From: Mobula hypostoma
Lineage: Eukaryota
NCBI RefSeq assembly: GCF_963921235.1
Contig: NC_086097.1
Span: forward strand, 28,832,001-28,896,000
Length of the DNA stretch: 64,000 nucleotides
Direction: 5' to 3'
In this document: one piece after another, positions 63,916-64,000 of the stretch
Layout: each line of letters opens with the position of its first letter
Position numbering within the stretch: position 1 is the first letter of the stretch
Position numbers and translations under genes: made by a program
Notes under the pieces: generated by a model
What the model was told of the DNA's origin: nothing
Seen by the model: the letters and a program-made list of their open reading frames with translations, nothing else
The model's database searches: none

Positions 63916-64000
63916 ATAATAAATAAGAATAAGTGCGAAAACAAAAATGAAATACTGATTTGGGAAACATGAAATGAAATAAAGCAAGAAAATGCTGGAA

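Overview
Eukaryotic, intron-rich vertebrate DNA; the repeat content (V-SINE/HE1-type SINEs, CR1, Rex1/Babar, Penelope-like elements) suggests a cartilaginous fish, which is an inference. The only host gene I can support is the 5' part of PPP4R3A (SMEK1) on the minus strand: CpG-island promoter and exon 1 near 51.1-51.8 kb, a 42.8-kb intron 1, and the 56-nt exon 2 at 8199-8254. Exon 3 was not found and presumably lies left of the window. The rest is mostly transposon-derived: CR1, Rex1/Babar, RTE and L2-type LINEs, Penelope-like elements (PLEs), a young CsRn1-like Gypsy element, a solo LTR, a Tc1 element, a MITE and SINEs. The most interesting signals are at RNA level. (1) A TSD-flanked non-coding retroposon at 17268-17831 begins exactly at G1 of a foldable HDV-like ribozyme with an unusual hairpin in L3. 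(2) Minimal hammerhead ribozymes occur in many PLE terminal repeats, some within TSD-flanked fold-back insertions. (3) The Gypsy element has a -1 frameshift cassette. Also notable are a locally templated insertion inside one PLE and a 40-bp CpG-rich minisatellite abutting the promoter. All folds were derived by eye; no searches or folding programs were run, and many repeat boundaries are approximate.
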